Assembly: GCF_003918875.1 (NCBI RefSeq)
Contig: NW_025766225.1
Span: forward strand, 3,100,001 to 3,164,000
Source of the DNA: Haliotis rubra
Lineage: Eukaryota
Length of the DNA stretch: 64,000 nucleotides
Direction of reading: 5' to 3'
Shown here in pieces: positions 38,201-50,414 of this stretch (positions within the stretch are counted from its first letter, which is position 1; every line of letters starts with the position of its first letter). The notes under the pieces were generated by a model. It made no database searches, was not told the origin of the DNA, and was given only the letters and a program-made list of their open reading frames with translations. Made by a program: the position numbers and the translations under genes.

Positions 38201-39875
38201 ATAAATGTCGGTTTATGCTGCTGTCAACAGTATTCCAGCTACAACACAGCTCGTTAGTTATTGAGGCCAGGAAAACAGTGGTCAATGTCATGAGCATCAC
38301 TCAAATAGTCGGGTTAAATGATGGCGAATCAATGCCACCATGTGACCAACTAGTCACATACTGACATTGACGATTCCGAAAATTAAAATCAGGTTATGTA
38401 TTTGTTAACATGAGATTAGTGATGTCGTTAACCCCCAACTTCAACATTATTTTTCAGACAAGTTAGCCACACTTACATCAATCAAACTTATTTTTGAAAA
38501 TTCAAACATGTTCAACCTGTTCAAGTAAAACATATCATTCCCATTATCAAATTTAAACGGAACATCTTATGTGACAGAGTAAATTACAGCAAATGCTGTG
38601 CAACATATTTTCCACAAATTAACATCGATCCACTTCAAAATCAATAATGATCAATAACAAAGACTCTCTATCTCTTTAATGTCCAAAATAACGACTGTTT
38701 GATTGACGTAGCAGAACATATGTGGTGACAGGGAGTTTTATTATTGGAAGAGGGGCTGGGTCAAAAGGCAGATTGTCATTTTCCCATTCAACATATTGTA
38801 CCCTTAAACCTATTCGACTAATTGGTAACAATTGCCAAATCAATTCAGATTTCCCCTTCCCGGGATATGTGTTCATTATATCTATGTTTCATTTAGGATC
38901 TTGACATTTGAACTATTTTCCTCACAACTAGTTGTCATAAATATATTTAAAGAAATAAATATCTCAGTTATTCCAAATAAACCAAACTAATAACATTCTC
39001 TACAATGAATGATTTTGAAATATCACAATGAAATATCTTAGAATCAACCAAGAGGAAAAATATTCCATAAAATGCGATGCAAAATGTTTGTTGGAAAATG
39101 TCATATTGCCTTTTGACACAGCTAAGGAATGACAAAAAAAACCAAACAGATACAGGGATAAGTTCTACAGTATATCCAAGAAATGCTACAAAATCCCTAC
39201 TGTTGAAGATTATTTATACCAATAAACCTTCAAGAATCTGCCTTACAAAATCAATTTCACTTTCTTTTAGTAGAGTAAAAATAAAGCAGAAAATTGCCAA
39301 AGCTTATTTCACACTTATAAAACCGTTGAAAACAATGCATATATAGCTGTACACTGTTATTCGTTATTGCACAGTCAGTGAATATCATTACTTCGTTAGA
39401 AAATAACTCAAGTTATTTAGCCGTATGATATGTCAGTTATACCACTTTTGAAGTAATGCCAAAGCAACAAAGTTGTACAGAGTTGTACACTTTAATCAAC
39501 ATACCCACGCTCCATTCACCTGGATATGAAAAGGGTCAAGAAAAAAGTACACAAAAAAACGTGAGTACAGAAAGTTAATCAAAATAGTAGCTGAACTACC
39601 AAAATAAACATTAAAAAATCTATGATTCTCTGTGTAAAATAAACATTGGGATGTTTGCTTTTTGGAATCCTTTGGATATGAAATATACACTTGTCATGCC
39701 ATGCCTTTAACAAGAGCTAATGCAATGTAGTTTGCAAACAATGCTGTTGGCAAGGCCCTGTAGCTCACTTTACAAAAAAGCAGTATATATCACACACATA
39801 ATCATACATCAGATTTCATGCAGATTAGTATCAAGCTGCTAATATCAAATTATGTTATCTCTTGTACATGCATGG

Positions 39876-40042
39876 AGTGAATGAGTGAGTTTGGTTTTAT
39901 GCCGCTTTTAGCCATATTCCAGCAATATCACGGCTCGGGACACCAGAAATGGGCTTCACATATTGTACCCATGTGGGGAATTGAGCCTGGGTCTTCGGTG
40001 TGACAAGCAAATACTTTAATCACTAGGCTACCCTACCGCCCT
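39876..40042 (-). mobile_element. SINE family A
   Basis: Homology; imperfect TSD catgcat(g/a)gag. Confidence 0.85.
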
Positions 40043-40599
40043 TCATGCATAGAGGATCATTTGAAATATGTTAAATAACAAACTGGATTGGGTATTTTTG
40101 AAATGATAAATAGTTTGTTTTAGGATTATCAATGTCAAAATGTCCTGTCAGAATGACAGATTGGTTGATTACTTTCAGTAACTGGGCTTAAACATTAAGC
40201 TGTAATGTCTGCTGTGTGGACAGAAGTCTGATAGGCGTGTTCACCAGAAACAGCCAGAATCAATGTCATGTGATTGTGACAGATGATGGTGAAGACCACG
40301 TGGCAGTTTGACATTGCATTGAACTTTTTTGCGCTTACATGGTGACACGTGTGTGTGTCAGACTTATCCAACACACATTGAAACTGGGATAAGATGATTA
40401 AAAGACAACAAAGTCACCTGAAATCTCAGTAGAGCCTGAGGCTCCTGTGAGTTTGTGAAAAGACTGCCTACTACAATTTACTTACTCATAAAATATGTGT
40501 CTGTTGTCTTATACATATGCCTATCCTTTCCAGCATTCAATATTCAACTACACACAGTATAAACAGAATCTCTTAAAACCCAATAGTGTGCTGAACAAC

Positions 40600-42475
40600 A
40601 CCTACAACATTGTTCAGCAGTCTGATACATTGTATTCACCTTTATACACAGGACCACGCTATATTACACCTACAACATTGTTCAGCAGTCTGATACATTG
40701 TATTCACCTTTATACACAGGACCACCTATATTGCACTTACAACATAGTTCAGCAGTCTGATACATTGTATTCACCTTTATACACACGACCACCTATATTG
40801 CACTTACAACATTGTTCAGCAGTCTGATACATTGTATTCACCTTTATACACAGGACCTCCTATATTGCACTTACAACATTGTTCAGCAGTCTGATACATT
40901 GTATTCACCTTTATACACAGGACCACCTATATTGCACCTACAACATTGTTCAGCAGTCTGATACATTGTATTCACCTTTATACACAGGACCACCTATATT
41001 GCACTTACAACATAGTTCAGCAGTCTGATACGTTGTATTCACCTTTATACACACGACCACCTATATTGCATCTACAACACTGTTCAGCAGTCTGATACAT
41101 TGTATTCACCTTTATACACAGGACCACCTATATTGCACCTACAACATTGTTCAGCAGTCTGATACATTGTATTCACCTTTATACACAGGACCTCCAATAT
41201 TGCACCTACAACATTGTTCAGCAGTCTGATACACTGTATTCACCTTTATACACAGAACCACCTATATTGCACCTTACAACATTGTTCAGCAGTCTGATAC
41301 ATTGTATTCACCTTTATACACAGGACCACCTATATTGCACCTACAACATTGTTCAGCAGTCTGATACATTGTATTCAATTTTATACACAGGGCCACCTAT
41401 ATTGCACCTACAACATTGTTCAGCAGTCTGATACATTGTATTCACCTTTATACACAGGACCTCCAATATTGCACCTACAACATAGTTCAGCAGTCTGATA
41501 CATTGTATTCACCTTTATACACAGGACCTCCAATATTGCACCTACAACATTGTTCAGCAGTCTGATACATTGTATTCACCTTTATACACAGGACCTCCTA
41601 TATTGCACCTACAACATTGTTCAGCAGTCTGATACATTGTATTCACCTTTATACACAGGACCACCTATATTGCACTTACAACATTGTTCAGCAGTCTGAT
41701 ACATTGTATTCACCTTTATACACAGGACCACCTATATTGCACCTACAACATTGTTCAGCAGTCTGATACATTGTATTCACCTTTATACACAGGACCACCT
41801 ATATTGCACCTACAACATTGTTCAGCAGTCTGATACATTGTATTCACCTTTATACACAGGACCACCTATATTGCACCTACAACATTGTTCAGCAGTCTGA
41901 TACATTGTATTCACCTTTATACAAGGACCTCCTATACTACACCTACAACATTGTTCAGCAGTCTGATACATTGTATTCACCTTTATACACAGGACCACCT
42001 ATACTACACCTACAACATTGTTCAGCAGTCTGATACATTGTATTCACCTTTATACACAGGACCACCTATATTGCACCTTACAACATTGTTCAGCAGTCTG
42101 ATACATTGTATTCACCTTTATACACAGGACCACCTATATTGCACCTACAACATTGTTCAGCAGTCTGATACATTGTATTCACCTTTATACACAGGACCAC
42201 CTATACTACACCTACAACATTGTTCAGCAGTCTGATACATTGTATTCACCTTTATACACAGGACCACCTATATTGCACTTACAACATTGTTCAGCAGTCT
42301 GATACATTGTATTCACCTTTATACACAGGACCACCTATACTACACCTACAACATTGTTCAGCAGTCTGATACATTGTATTCACCTTTATACACAGGACCA
42401 CCTATATTGCACTTACAACATTGTTCAGCAGTCTGATACATTGTATTCACCTTTATACACAGGACCTCCTATACC
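40600..42475. repeat. 67-bp minisatellite, ~28 copies
   Basis: cctacaacattgttcagcagtctgatacattgtattcacctttatacacaggaccacctatattgca repeated. Confidence 0.96.
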
Positions 42476-42811
42476 CCTATACTGCATTGTAGGCCGCCTA
42501 CAACATTGTTGAACATTACAAAAGACTTGTGCAACTGTACACAATGGAAGCCACTGTGCAATGTAAATTTAGATAACATTGTTTTGAACCAAGGACAAAT
42601 TTGGAAATGTAGTTAAATGTTCAGAATAACTGATTAATAGTAACACTTTTGAAAACATCTAAAGTTTCAAAGGAGATTTTGAAGTGGCCTGCTTGGATAT
42701 TAAAGATAATTCACGATTTGACAGGAAGTGGTAGTTTTCCCACAATGCAGTGTAACGATGCAGTGAAGTTATCCCTGTACCTCTGGAAAACGATATCTGT
42801 ACCTTACTCAC

Positions 42812-42967
42812 ATAGCTCTCAGGGTGTAGTTTTATCAAGAACTTTTTCCTTTTAAAGCTTAATTTGCGGATTTTTGCCCATGAGAATGTGTTGATCTTTG
42901 TTGCACTCTGGAACACCAGGACGCCCAAATGTGCTACAGCCAGGGTGAGAGTAACAGCCTCGTGATC
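42812..42967 (-). CDS. FARP1: FARP exon, FERM F3 ([52 protein letters not shown])
   Basis: tttcag|GAT...TAT|gtgagt; 156 bp, phase 0/0. Confidence 0.95.
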
Positions 42968-43354
42968 CTGAAACAGGAAGTAAAATATTCATGAAAAAAC
43001 TGGATCAAGGAGGGTCTTTTTGTAAGATATTTTGCTGACACACCCTTTTTCATGTAACATTTTTTTCATGACACCCTCCTCCAAATATATATATGACTGG
43101 TGCCTTAATAATGTTCAAAGTTTTAAGTGATTCACTGACCCTGGGCCTCCTTCTCTACAATAAATGACCAGCCTATAAATGGTAAATTGTACTTCACAAA
43201 CATTTATTAAAGATTTTTAAAAATCACATCTGTGTCCTAATTGTATAAATTAAACGTAAATATTTCACTTGTATTGTACTGTCCAACTTGATTGAACATC
43301 AAAAGACATAATTCTGTTGGTTGGTATATTATAAGATCTTTATTTTTTTTAAAT

Positions 43355-43572
43355 ATTGTTGTTGCTTATCACCGCTATAGGCGGACGTCTGTAAAAAATC
43401 GAGTCTGGACCAAACAATCCAGTGATCATCAGCATTATCATTGATCTATGCAATTGGGAACCGATGACAGTGTCAACCAAGTCAGCAAGCCTGACCACCC
43501 CGATCCTGTTAGTCGCCTCTTATGACAAGCATGGGTTGCTGAAGATCATATCTAACCTGGATCTTCAAAGGT
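43355..43572 (-). mobile_element. SINE family B (older copy)
   Basis: Homology; flanking ttataagat repeats. Confidence 0.8.
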
Positions 43573-43626
43573 TATAAGATATTTAAGTGAAATTAAGCGC
43601 TTAACTATCACCTTCCATATACAGAG

Positions 43627-43795
43627 TGAGTGAGTGAGTGAGTTTGGTTTTACGCCGCTTTTAGCAATATTCCAGCAATATCACGGCGGGGGACACCAGA
43701 AATAGGCTTTACACATTGTACCCATGTGGGGAATTGAACCTGGGTCTTTGGCGTGACGAGCGAACGCTTTAACCACTAAGCTTTCCCACTGCCCA
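43627..43795 (-). mobile_element. SINE family A
   Basis: Homology; TSD tccatatacagag. Confidence 0.88.
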
Positions 43796-43898
43796 TCCAT
43801 ATACAGAGAAAAGTTGATACCACTGTAACAAACATGTTGACCGTCTACAGTATTATGTCATTAGCTGCCACAACTCAAGGGACATTTTAAGTACATAC

Positions 43899-43986
43899 TT
43901 TGGCAGGGAACATTTTAATGCCATACAGCTCCACTTTACGTGCTGTGTCCAACAGATTCAGGTCGGCCTCTGCAGGACTCTCTCCT
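43899..43986 (-). CDS. FARP1: FARP exon, FERM (GESPAEADLNLLDTARKVELYGIKMFPAK)
   Basis: ttccag|A...AAA|gtatgt; 88 bp, phase 2/0; conserved G-SPAEAD...LYG motif. Confidence 0.94.
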
Positions 43987-44245
43987 CTGGAAACATCCAA
44001 CAAAAATATTCACTGAACTTTTTCCCAAAAATGCATGCCAAAATATATATTCAATGTTATATTCCCAAATGTTTTCTGGGAAGGAAGACACCAGATGATG
44101 AAGGGGGAACTACTCCCATGAAAGGGAGACAACTCTTAGAAAAACCAAAAACAACCATCAGAAGAGGCTATCTAGATAAGGGAGATAACTAGGGAGGGAG
44201 ATATTGTATTTTTAAGAGACAATTCGGAAAGGGGAGATAACTCAC

Positions 44246-44369
44246 ATATGTTGTTTATGGTACTCCATGATCTTTTCCTCGAGGTCTGGAGTTTGGTTGG
44301 GAACAAACTTCATGGAAGACAGGTAAGTATGGTCCAAATAATCGTCGACAAGAAAGTCACCGATTTCAG
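44246..44369 (-). CDS. FARP1: FARP exon, FERM F2 (AEIGDFLVDDYLDHTYLSSMKFVPNQTPDLEEKIMEYHKQH)
   Basis: tgacag|CT...AT|gtgagt; 124 bp, phase 1/2. Confidence 0.93.
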
Positions 44370-45339
44370 CTGTCAAATGAAGGAAAACAGAATGGTCATT
44401 GAAAAGTCAAACTGTTTGAATTAATCCCATACTCAAAAACAAAAAAAATTGTCATAAAATTGTTGAATGAAAATTGATCAAAGCACCCGCTGTGCTACTA
44501 CCTTAAACTTTTAATCAATATTTCGAAGAACAAAAACACAGTGTCTTTTCATTTATTGTCAGACGTTTGTGTGCGTAAAGGTGTATTTAACCAGAAGAGT
44601 GCCAGTTCTATAGCATTAGCCAACTGAGACACCATGCCTTGGTTTAACCCCTCCTCCCACACAGAAGACTGACTCGGAACCGACCAGTCTCTTTGAACCC
44701 AGAACACAAGAAATGATCTCAACAAGCACCGTCTTTTCCCATTTTTCCCCATGATGCAGCTGGGCATTCAACAGCTGGTCTGTCTTTCAGACCAACACTC
44801 TATGTAAGAAGACCAAGTGGGCGAGACAATGAGGTTCAGAGTGTGTATACACGGACAAGAACAGCTGTGACGGCAGTCAGGAAGAGAGTCAAATGCCGTA
44901 TGTCATTGTCAGTAGAACCTGGCTCTGATTTCTCGATACAAACTTAATTTCATAATTCGGGAAATACATTTTGAAGAGTTTTCTCAAATTTGAGTAAAAA
45001 CTCAAACTTCAGGTTATTTCAACAAAACAAAACAAATTGGCTTGACAACGATACAAGAATTAAATCTGCATCGAAAACGTCACACCATCCGAATAAAGAA
45101 GTTGTTCATCCATAAAGTTTTGTCCTTATCTGATTCTCCAACTTCTAAAGAAGTGAAAACAAAACAACTCAAGCGGTAAGGTGGTCGTCAGTCCTATACC
45201 TCAACATAGACTGAGATTGTTTTGTACAACGGCACCTTGATCGCTAGTGACAACCTATAAGAACTGTGACTAAAGATAAGTCCAACTATTATGGGCATCA
45301 GAAGCTTGTTTTATACGCGCTAGATGATTTGACCCTCAC

Positions 45340-45437
45340 CTTGAGCAATATATGAAGCAAGAAGAGCTGCTGTATTGTCACTGCATGGCATCACCCCCGA
45401 CAACAGATCCTGCTTGATCTGGAGAGCGAACAGATAC
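45340..45437 (-). CDS. FARP1: FARP exon, FERM F2 ([32 protein letters not shown])
   Basis: tttcag|G...G|gtgagg; 98 bp, phase 2/1. Confidence 0.94.
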
Positions 45438-45642
45438 CTGAAACAAAATATACACACACCTGAACAGGTAAAAAACTTGATTGCAATTGAACATATATAC
45501 AGGGGAATGGTTGTAGAATACTGCAAGAAACAGGACTTGCTTATCTGCAAATTCCTTCGATCACTTGTCACAAAATTAATTCTCCCTTCTGTAGCTGTGA
45601 ATGAGATAGGCATCTGTTTCACTCACTCAGTCACTCACTCAC

Positions 45643-45761
45643 CTAGTGAAGTCGTCCTCCAGTAGACCAGGGTCTGGGGTGTAAAACTTTATACAGAAAC
45701 TAAGGGGTGTGTCTGGGGTAGGCAGCTGTTTCAACAAAGGCTTCTGGCGGTCGACCCAACA
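45643..45761 (-). CDS. FARP1: FARP exon, FERM (CWVDRQKPLLKQLPTPDTPLSFCIKFYTPDPGLLEDDFTR)
   Basis: tttcag|TGT...AG|gtgagt; 119 bp, phase 0/2. Confidence 0.93.
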
Positions 45762-45859
45762 CTGAAACAGATTTTTAAGGAACAATCACTTCTGACACAA
45801 GAATGAAGGAGTACTTGTAGATGCACATTCTAATTCTCTGACAAGTGTTGTTGGTAAAA

Positions 45860-47615
45860 CATTTGTATCGATTATCAATAATAGGCTAACACAGTGGTCA
45901 AATATGAGGGACTTGATCCCAGATTCACAAGCTTGATTTAGAAAGGAATACTCAACCTTTGATCATATTTTTACTGTATACTCAGTAATTGAGCGATGTT
46001 TAGCTTTTAGTAAAAGAAAATTGTATGTAGCCTTTGTTGATTTTAGAAAGGCTTTTGATTCTGTTGACAGAGATAAAATGTGGAAATGTCTTAGAAATAG
46101 GGGTCTTAAAGGGAAAATGTTTGATATTATCAGGTCAATGTATTCAAATGTAAAGTCTTGTGTTCGATGTGATGATGCTTTCAGTGACTATTTTGATTGT
46201 CCTACTGGTGTACGACAAGGCTGTGTTCTAAGCCCAATACTTTTCTCATTCTTTATCAACGAACTATATTTTGACGTTATACAATCTGGCAGACATGGCA
46301 TCCAATTATTTCCTGATCTTGTTGAACTTTTTATTTTACTTTTTGCCGACGATGTGATCCTTATGTCAAGTACTGTTATTGGCCTTCAGAGACAAATTGA
46401 TACACTTTCATCTTATTCAGATAACTGGCTTACTTGATGTTAATCTTGAAAAGACCAAAATTGTTGTTTTTCAGTAAGGGTGGCCCAACGGCAGCTACAG
46501 AAAAGTGGTACTTTAAATGTGAACGTATGACTGTTGTTAACGAATATAAATATCTAGGGATACTGTTTACACATACACTAAATCTGAACAAATCCATTAT
46601 TAATTTGGCAATTAGAGGGAAAAGGGCCCTACTTCAATTGCTCTCTGTTATACCAAAGTTGGGGGTTGTTGGTCCAAATATATTTTTCAAATTGTTTGAT
46701 TCCCAAGTACAGCCTATTCTTCTTTATGGGTCAGAAATTTGGGGCAATAAGGAATTTTATGCCACTGAAAAGGTTCACCTTCTTGCATGTAAAAGGTTTT
46801 TAAATGTTGGGATGTCTACCCCTAATAATATGGTGTACGGTGAATGTGGGAGATTTCCTTTGTACATAATTTCTTACTCTCTCTGTTTAAAGTACTGGTG
46901 TAAAGTAATAAATATGCCAGAACATCGTCTGCCCAAAAACCTACAATATGATTGTCCATCTTGATAATATTGGTAAAATACTTGGGCAACCCGTATTCAG
47001 TATTCTTTTGTTTAGATCACGGCTTTGTTTGTTTGGCTATCCCAAACCCTGGGCGACGTTAATGCATTTATCAAACTCTTTCGTACCAGGGCTATTGATA
47101 TCTTTAAACAAGACTGGCGTTCATCTTTATATGAAAGTTCAAGATATGATTGCTATCGTGAGTTCAAATCTTTACTTGAACCTGAGTCGAATCTATACAA
47201 CTTACGTTGTAAAAAGCTTCGTAGTGTTTTCATACGCCTGAGACTTGGCCTAAATGATTTATATATCAATCAAGGAAGATATTCATCTATTATAAAATCA
47301 CAAAGGTTCTGTCCATTTTGTAATACTGTAGAGAATGAATTACACTTTCTATTTCTTTGTCCTGCATATAATGATTTAAGGCAACTGTATTTTCCACAAT
47401 GGCTACAATCAAATATTAATGCTTCAAAACTGTACTCAATACTTTCATGTAAAGCATCCCTATTACAATATAAGGTAGCTCTATTTATTTATCACGCGCT
47501 TATATTGAGAAGAGATTCAATGTAACGTGTGTGTCGCCTGTTGTATATGTTGTACATATCATACATATTTATTCTGTATATGGGCCTCTGGCCTTCATGC
47601 AATAAACTGATAAAC
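45860..47615 (+). mobile_element. 5'-truncated non-LTR retrotransposon (RTE-X-like), frameshifted reverse transcriptase
   Basis: FVDFRKAFDSV, GVRQGCVLSP, LLFADD, YKYLG, C-terminal CPFC...ENELHFLFLCPAY; AATAAA at 47601. Antisense to FARP. Confidence 0.9.
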
Positions 47616-47804
47616 AATTCATGTCTCACTCAATCTAACCAGCGCCTATTTCCATGTGATATCTGTAAACAGTAACCAAGGTGATAAAACATGATTGTGT
47701 TGCTATTCCTTGCTCAGCAACTACACATGGATGCATGGAATAAATAAGTCTGTGATCTAGATTTTGACTTGTTTCACATCTTCTGGAACCCTCACACTGA
47801 TGGT

Positions 47805-48045
47805 GTGGAAGATCCAGGTTTGAATTGGGTCTTCAGCAACACATGCTTATTGTGCGAGGCAACTAATGAGATCGGTTCGTCAGGCTTGCTGATATGTTGC
47901 TGCATGTCATCCTAACCCAATTGCATAGATCGATGCTCATGCTGTTGCTCACTGGATAGTCTAGTCCAGCCTCGATTATTAACAGATCTTCACCATATAG
48001 CTGGAATATTGCTCAGTGCGGTGTAAAAAACAACAAACAAAACAA
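47805..48045 (+). mobile_element. SINE family B (diverged)
   Basis: Homology; (AAAC)n-type tail. Confidence 0.8.
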
Positions 48046-48101
48046 AGAGTATGAATTCAAATGCCAAAGGGTACTAGAATCTTTACTTTACTGAGAAAGT
48101 G

Positions 48102-48361
48102 AGTGAGTGAGTGAGTTTAGTTTTACGCCGCTCTCAGCAATATTCCAGCTATATGGCGGCGGACTGTAAATAATCGAGTCTGGACCAGACAATCCAGTGA
48201 TCAACAGCATGAGCGTCGACCTGCGCAATTGGGAACCGATGACATGTGTCAGCGAGCCTGACCACCCGATCCCGTTAGTCGCCTCTTACGACAAGCATAG
48301 TCGCCTTTTGTGGCAAGCGTGGGTTGCTGAAGACCTATTCTACCCCGGATCTTCAAGGGTC
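48102..48361 (-). mobile_element. SINE family B, full length, duplicated-hairpin subfamily
   Basis: TSD tactgagaaagtg; 5' end GACCC. Confidence 0.92.
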
Positions 48362-48837
48362 TACTGAGAAAGTGTTATACGAGACATAACATGTTACACT
48401 GAGGTCTAGTTGTTATTGCCATTACATACAAACTGTTGAAGTCAGTTCTCCTTTCACTGGTGAAACAGGTGAATCTTGTTTAACATCACTTTGTACAGTA
48501 TATCAGTTACATCACGACAAAGTGATGTTGGAAGGAAGTCATGAAGGTGTTAGGCTTTCACCATTCATGTGTAAGTCCCTTTACGAGGTATGGTGCTGAC
48601 AAACCAACAAACAAGATAAGTGGGATTCAAACCATCATAGGATCTCATTCATGACCAAGGGATGCAACTCTCCACAAAAAAATGCATCAATTTAGATGCA
48701 ATTACAGAAGTTATCAATATTGACTGTTGAGCCAGTTGTCTCCCCTGTCACTGACGAAAACATTGCATCAATTTAGATACAAATTACAGAAGTTATCAAT
48801 ATTGACTGTTCAGCCAGTTGTCTCCCCTGACACTGAC

Positions 48838-48942
48838 CTTGAGTCCACCAATGTCGGTGTACTCCAAGTCGAAGTAGTCGGCTTCCAGAAGCTGCAAGTG
48901 CTGGCACACCGCCTCCCATAGCGTGATCCCAAGGGACTTCAC
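48838..48942 (-). CDS. FARP1: FARP exon, FERM F1 lobe (VKSLGITLWEAVCQHLQLLEADYFDLEYTDIGGLK)
   Basis: ttgcag|GTG...AAG|gtcagt; 105 bp, phase 0/0; typical FERM-N HLxLxExDYF motif. Confidence 0.93.
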
Positions 48943-49281
48943 CTGCAACACAACAGGACACTCATTAGGGGGTAACAACAGAAAAACTACAACTACATTG
49001 TAGCAATAGGCGATAAATCATGGCAGGATTCATATAACTACGGGAAATCTTGCATATCTTTACCATGGTTTCACCCACCTCACAGCAGGTGCTCTGATCG
49101 AAGGTGATGATTGATGCATTCGAGTCTGTGGCATAGAGAGCACTGATATTTTAAACATTTCTTAGGTGTTGGTAAATATGCCTCTAAAGCTATTTTAGGA
49201 GAAACTGGTCGCACCAATCTCTTGTTTCATCACAGGGTGATGATTGATGCATGTGAGTCTGTGGCATAGGAGTGAGTCTGT

Positions 49282-49465
49282 GAGTGAGTGTTTGAGTTTA
49301 GTTTTACGTCGCACTCAGCAATATTCCAGCTATATGGTGGCGGTCTGTAAATAATCGAATCTGGACCAGACAATCCAGTGATAAACAGCATGAGCATCGA
49401 TCTGCGCAATTGGGAACCGATGACATGTGTCAACCAAGTCAGTGAGCCTGACCACCCGATCCCGA
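49282..49465 (-). mobile_element. SINE family B, 5'-truncated
   Basis: Homology. Confidence 0.85.
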
Positions 49466-49698
49466 GTAAGTCTGTGAGTGAGTTGCTGAGCGTGTAATAA
49501 ATGAACGAGTCTGGCAGGAAGTAAGTGAGGGACAGTGTTGGGTTTAATGCCATTTTTAACAATATTCTATTCCAGTCAAATCACAGCCTGTTACTCTGAA
49601 GCCTGGAGTGACAACACAGTTATTGTGCTGACCAACCTAGAAACATAATTTGGCTGTGGCACCTAAACCTGTGGTACCTTCCCAGGTTATTTGAAACA

Positions 49699-49868
49699 CT
49701 GACTGACTGACTGAGTTTGGTTTTACGCCGCTTTTAGCAATATTCCAGCAACATCACGGCGGGGGACACCAGAAATGGGCTTCACACATTGTGCCCATGT
49801 GGGGAATCGAACCTGGGTCTTCGGCGTGACGAGCCAACGCTTTAACCATTAGGCTACCCCACAGCCCC
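49699..49868 (-). mobile_element. SINE family A, (CAGT)n-tail subfamily
   Basis: Homology; TSD ttatttgaaaca. Confidence 0.9.
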
Positions 49869-50414
49869 TTATTTGAAACAAGCCATGGTACAGTTGAACA
49901 TGGTCTAATGTCATGCAACATGGGTTGGTTGATGCAGGTAATCACATTCCAGTTGCATCAGTCACTGGATTGTCTGGTCCAGATTCAACCACAGCCCTCC
50001 TTGATACAGCTGAAACATTGCTGAGTGCTGCATTAAACAGCAGCCAAACAAACATGGCACATTCGTAACTACTAGCCTCCTTCCTACCTACAACAAGACT
50101 TGTACCTGTATAGGACGCTATTATTGACAAGAATCATGGCAAATCAATCAAATACTGTGTAGTAAAATGAGAAATGAGGTCAAATAGTTTCTTTGCGATT
50201 ATTTCCTTGATTGTAAAATTATATTGTTACCTTTATTTGTTAAAGACATAAGAAACTTACTTAAAGTGACTTTTGTGTTGCATTTTAAATTAATCGGTGT
50301 AGGATATTGTTGACGCATTTCTTGGAGTAGCCATGATTGGAAATTCAGATGTTAACTTTCCTTGGAAATAGTACTAGACTATTTTCATCTCCGTGCCAGG
50401 GCCCGTTTGGGCTT

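Larger units (their letters stand above)
1926..48942 (-). other. FARP1: FARP1/FARP2-like (Cdep) gene span, partial: FERM + FA + linker + RhoGEF; 5' exon(s) and PH exons not found in window
   Basis: 15 minus-strand exons with GT-AG boundaries. Phases join within each exon block once two +2 indels are corrected; the join between the blocks is unresolved. Peptides carry FARP signatures ([90 protein letters not shown]). Confidence 0.93.
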
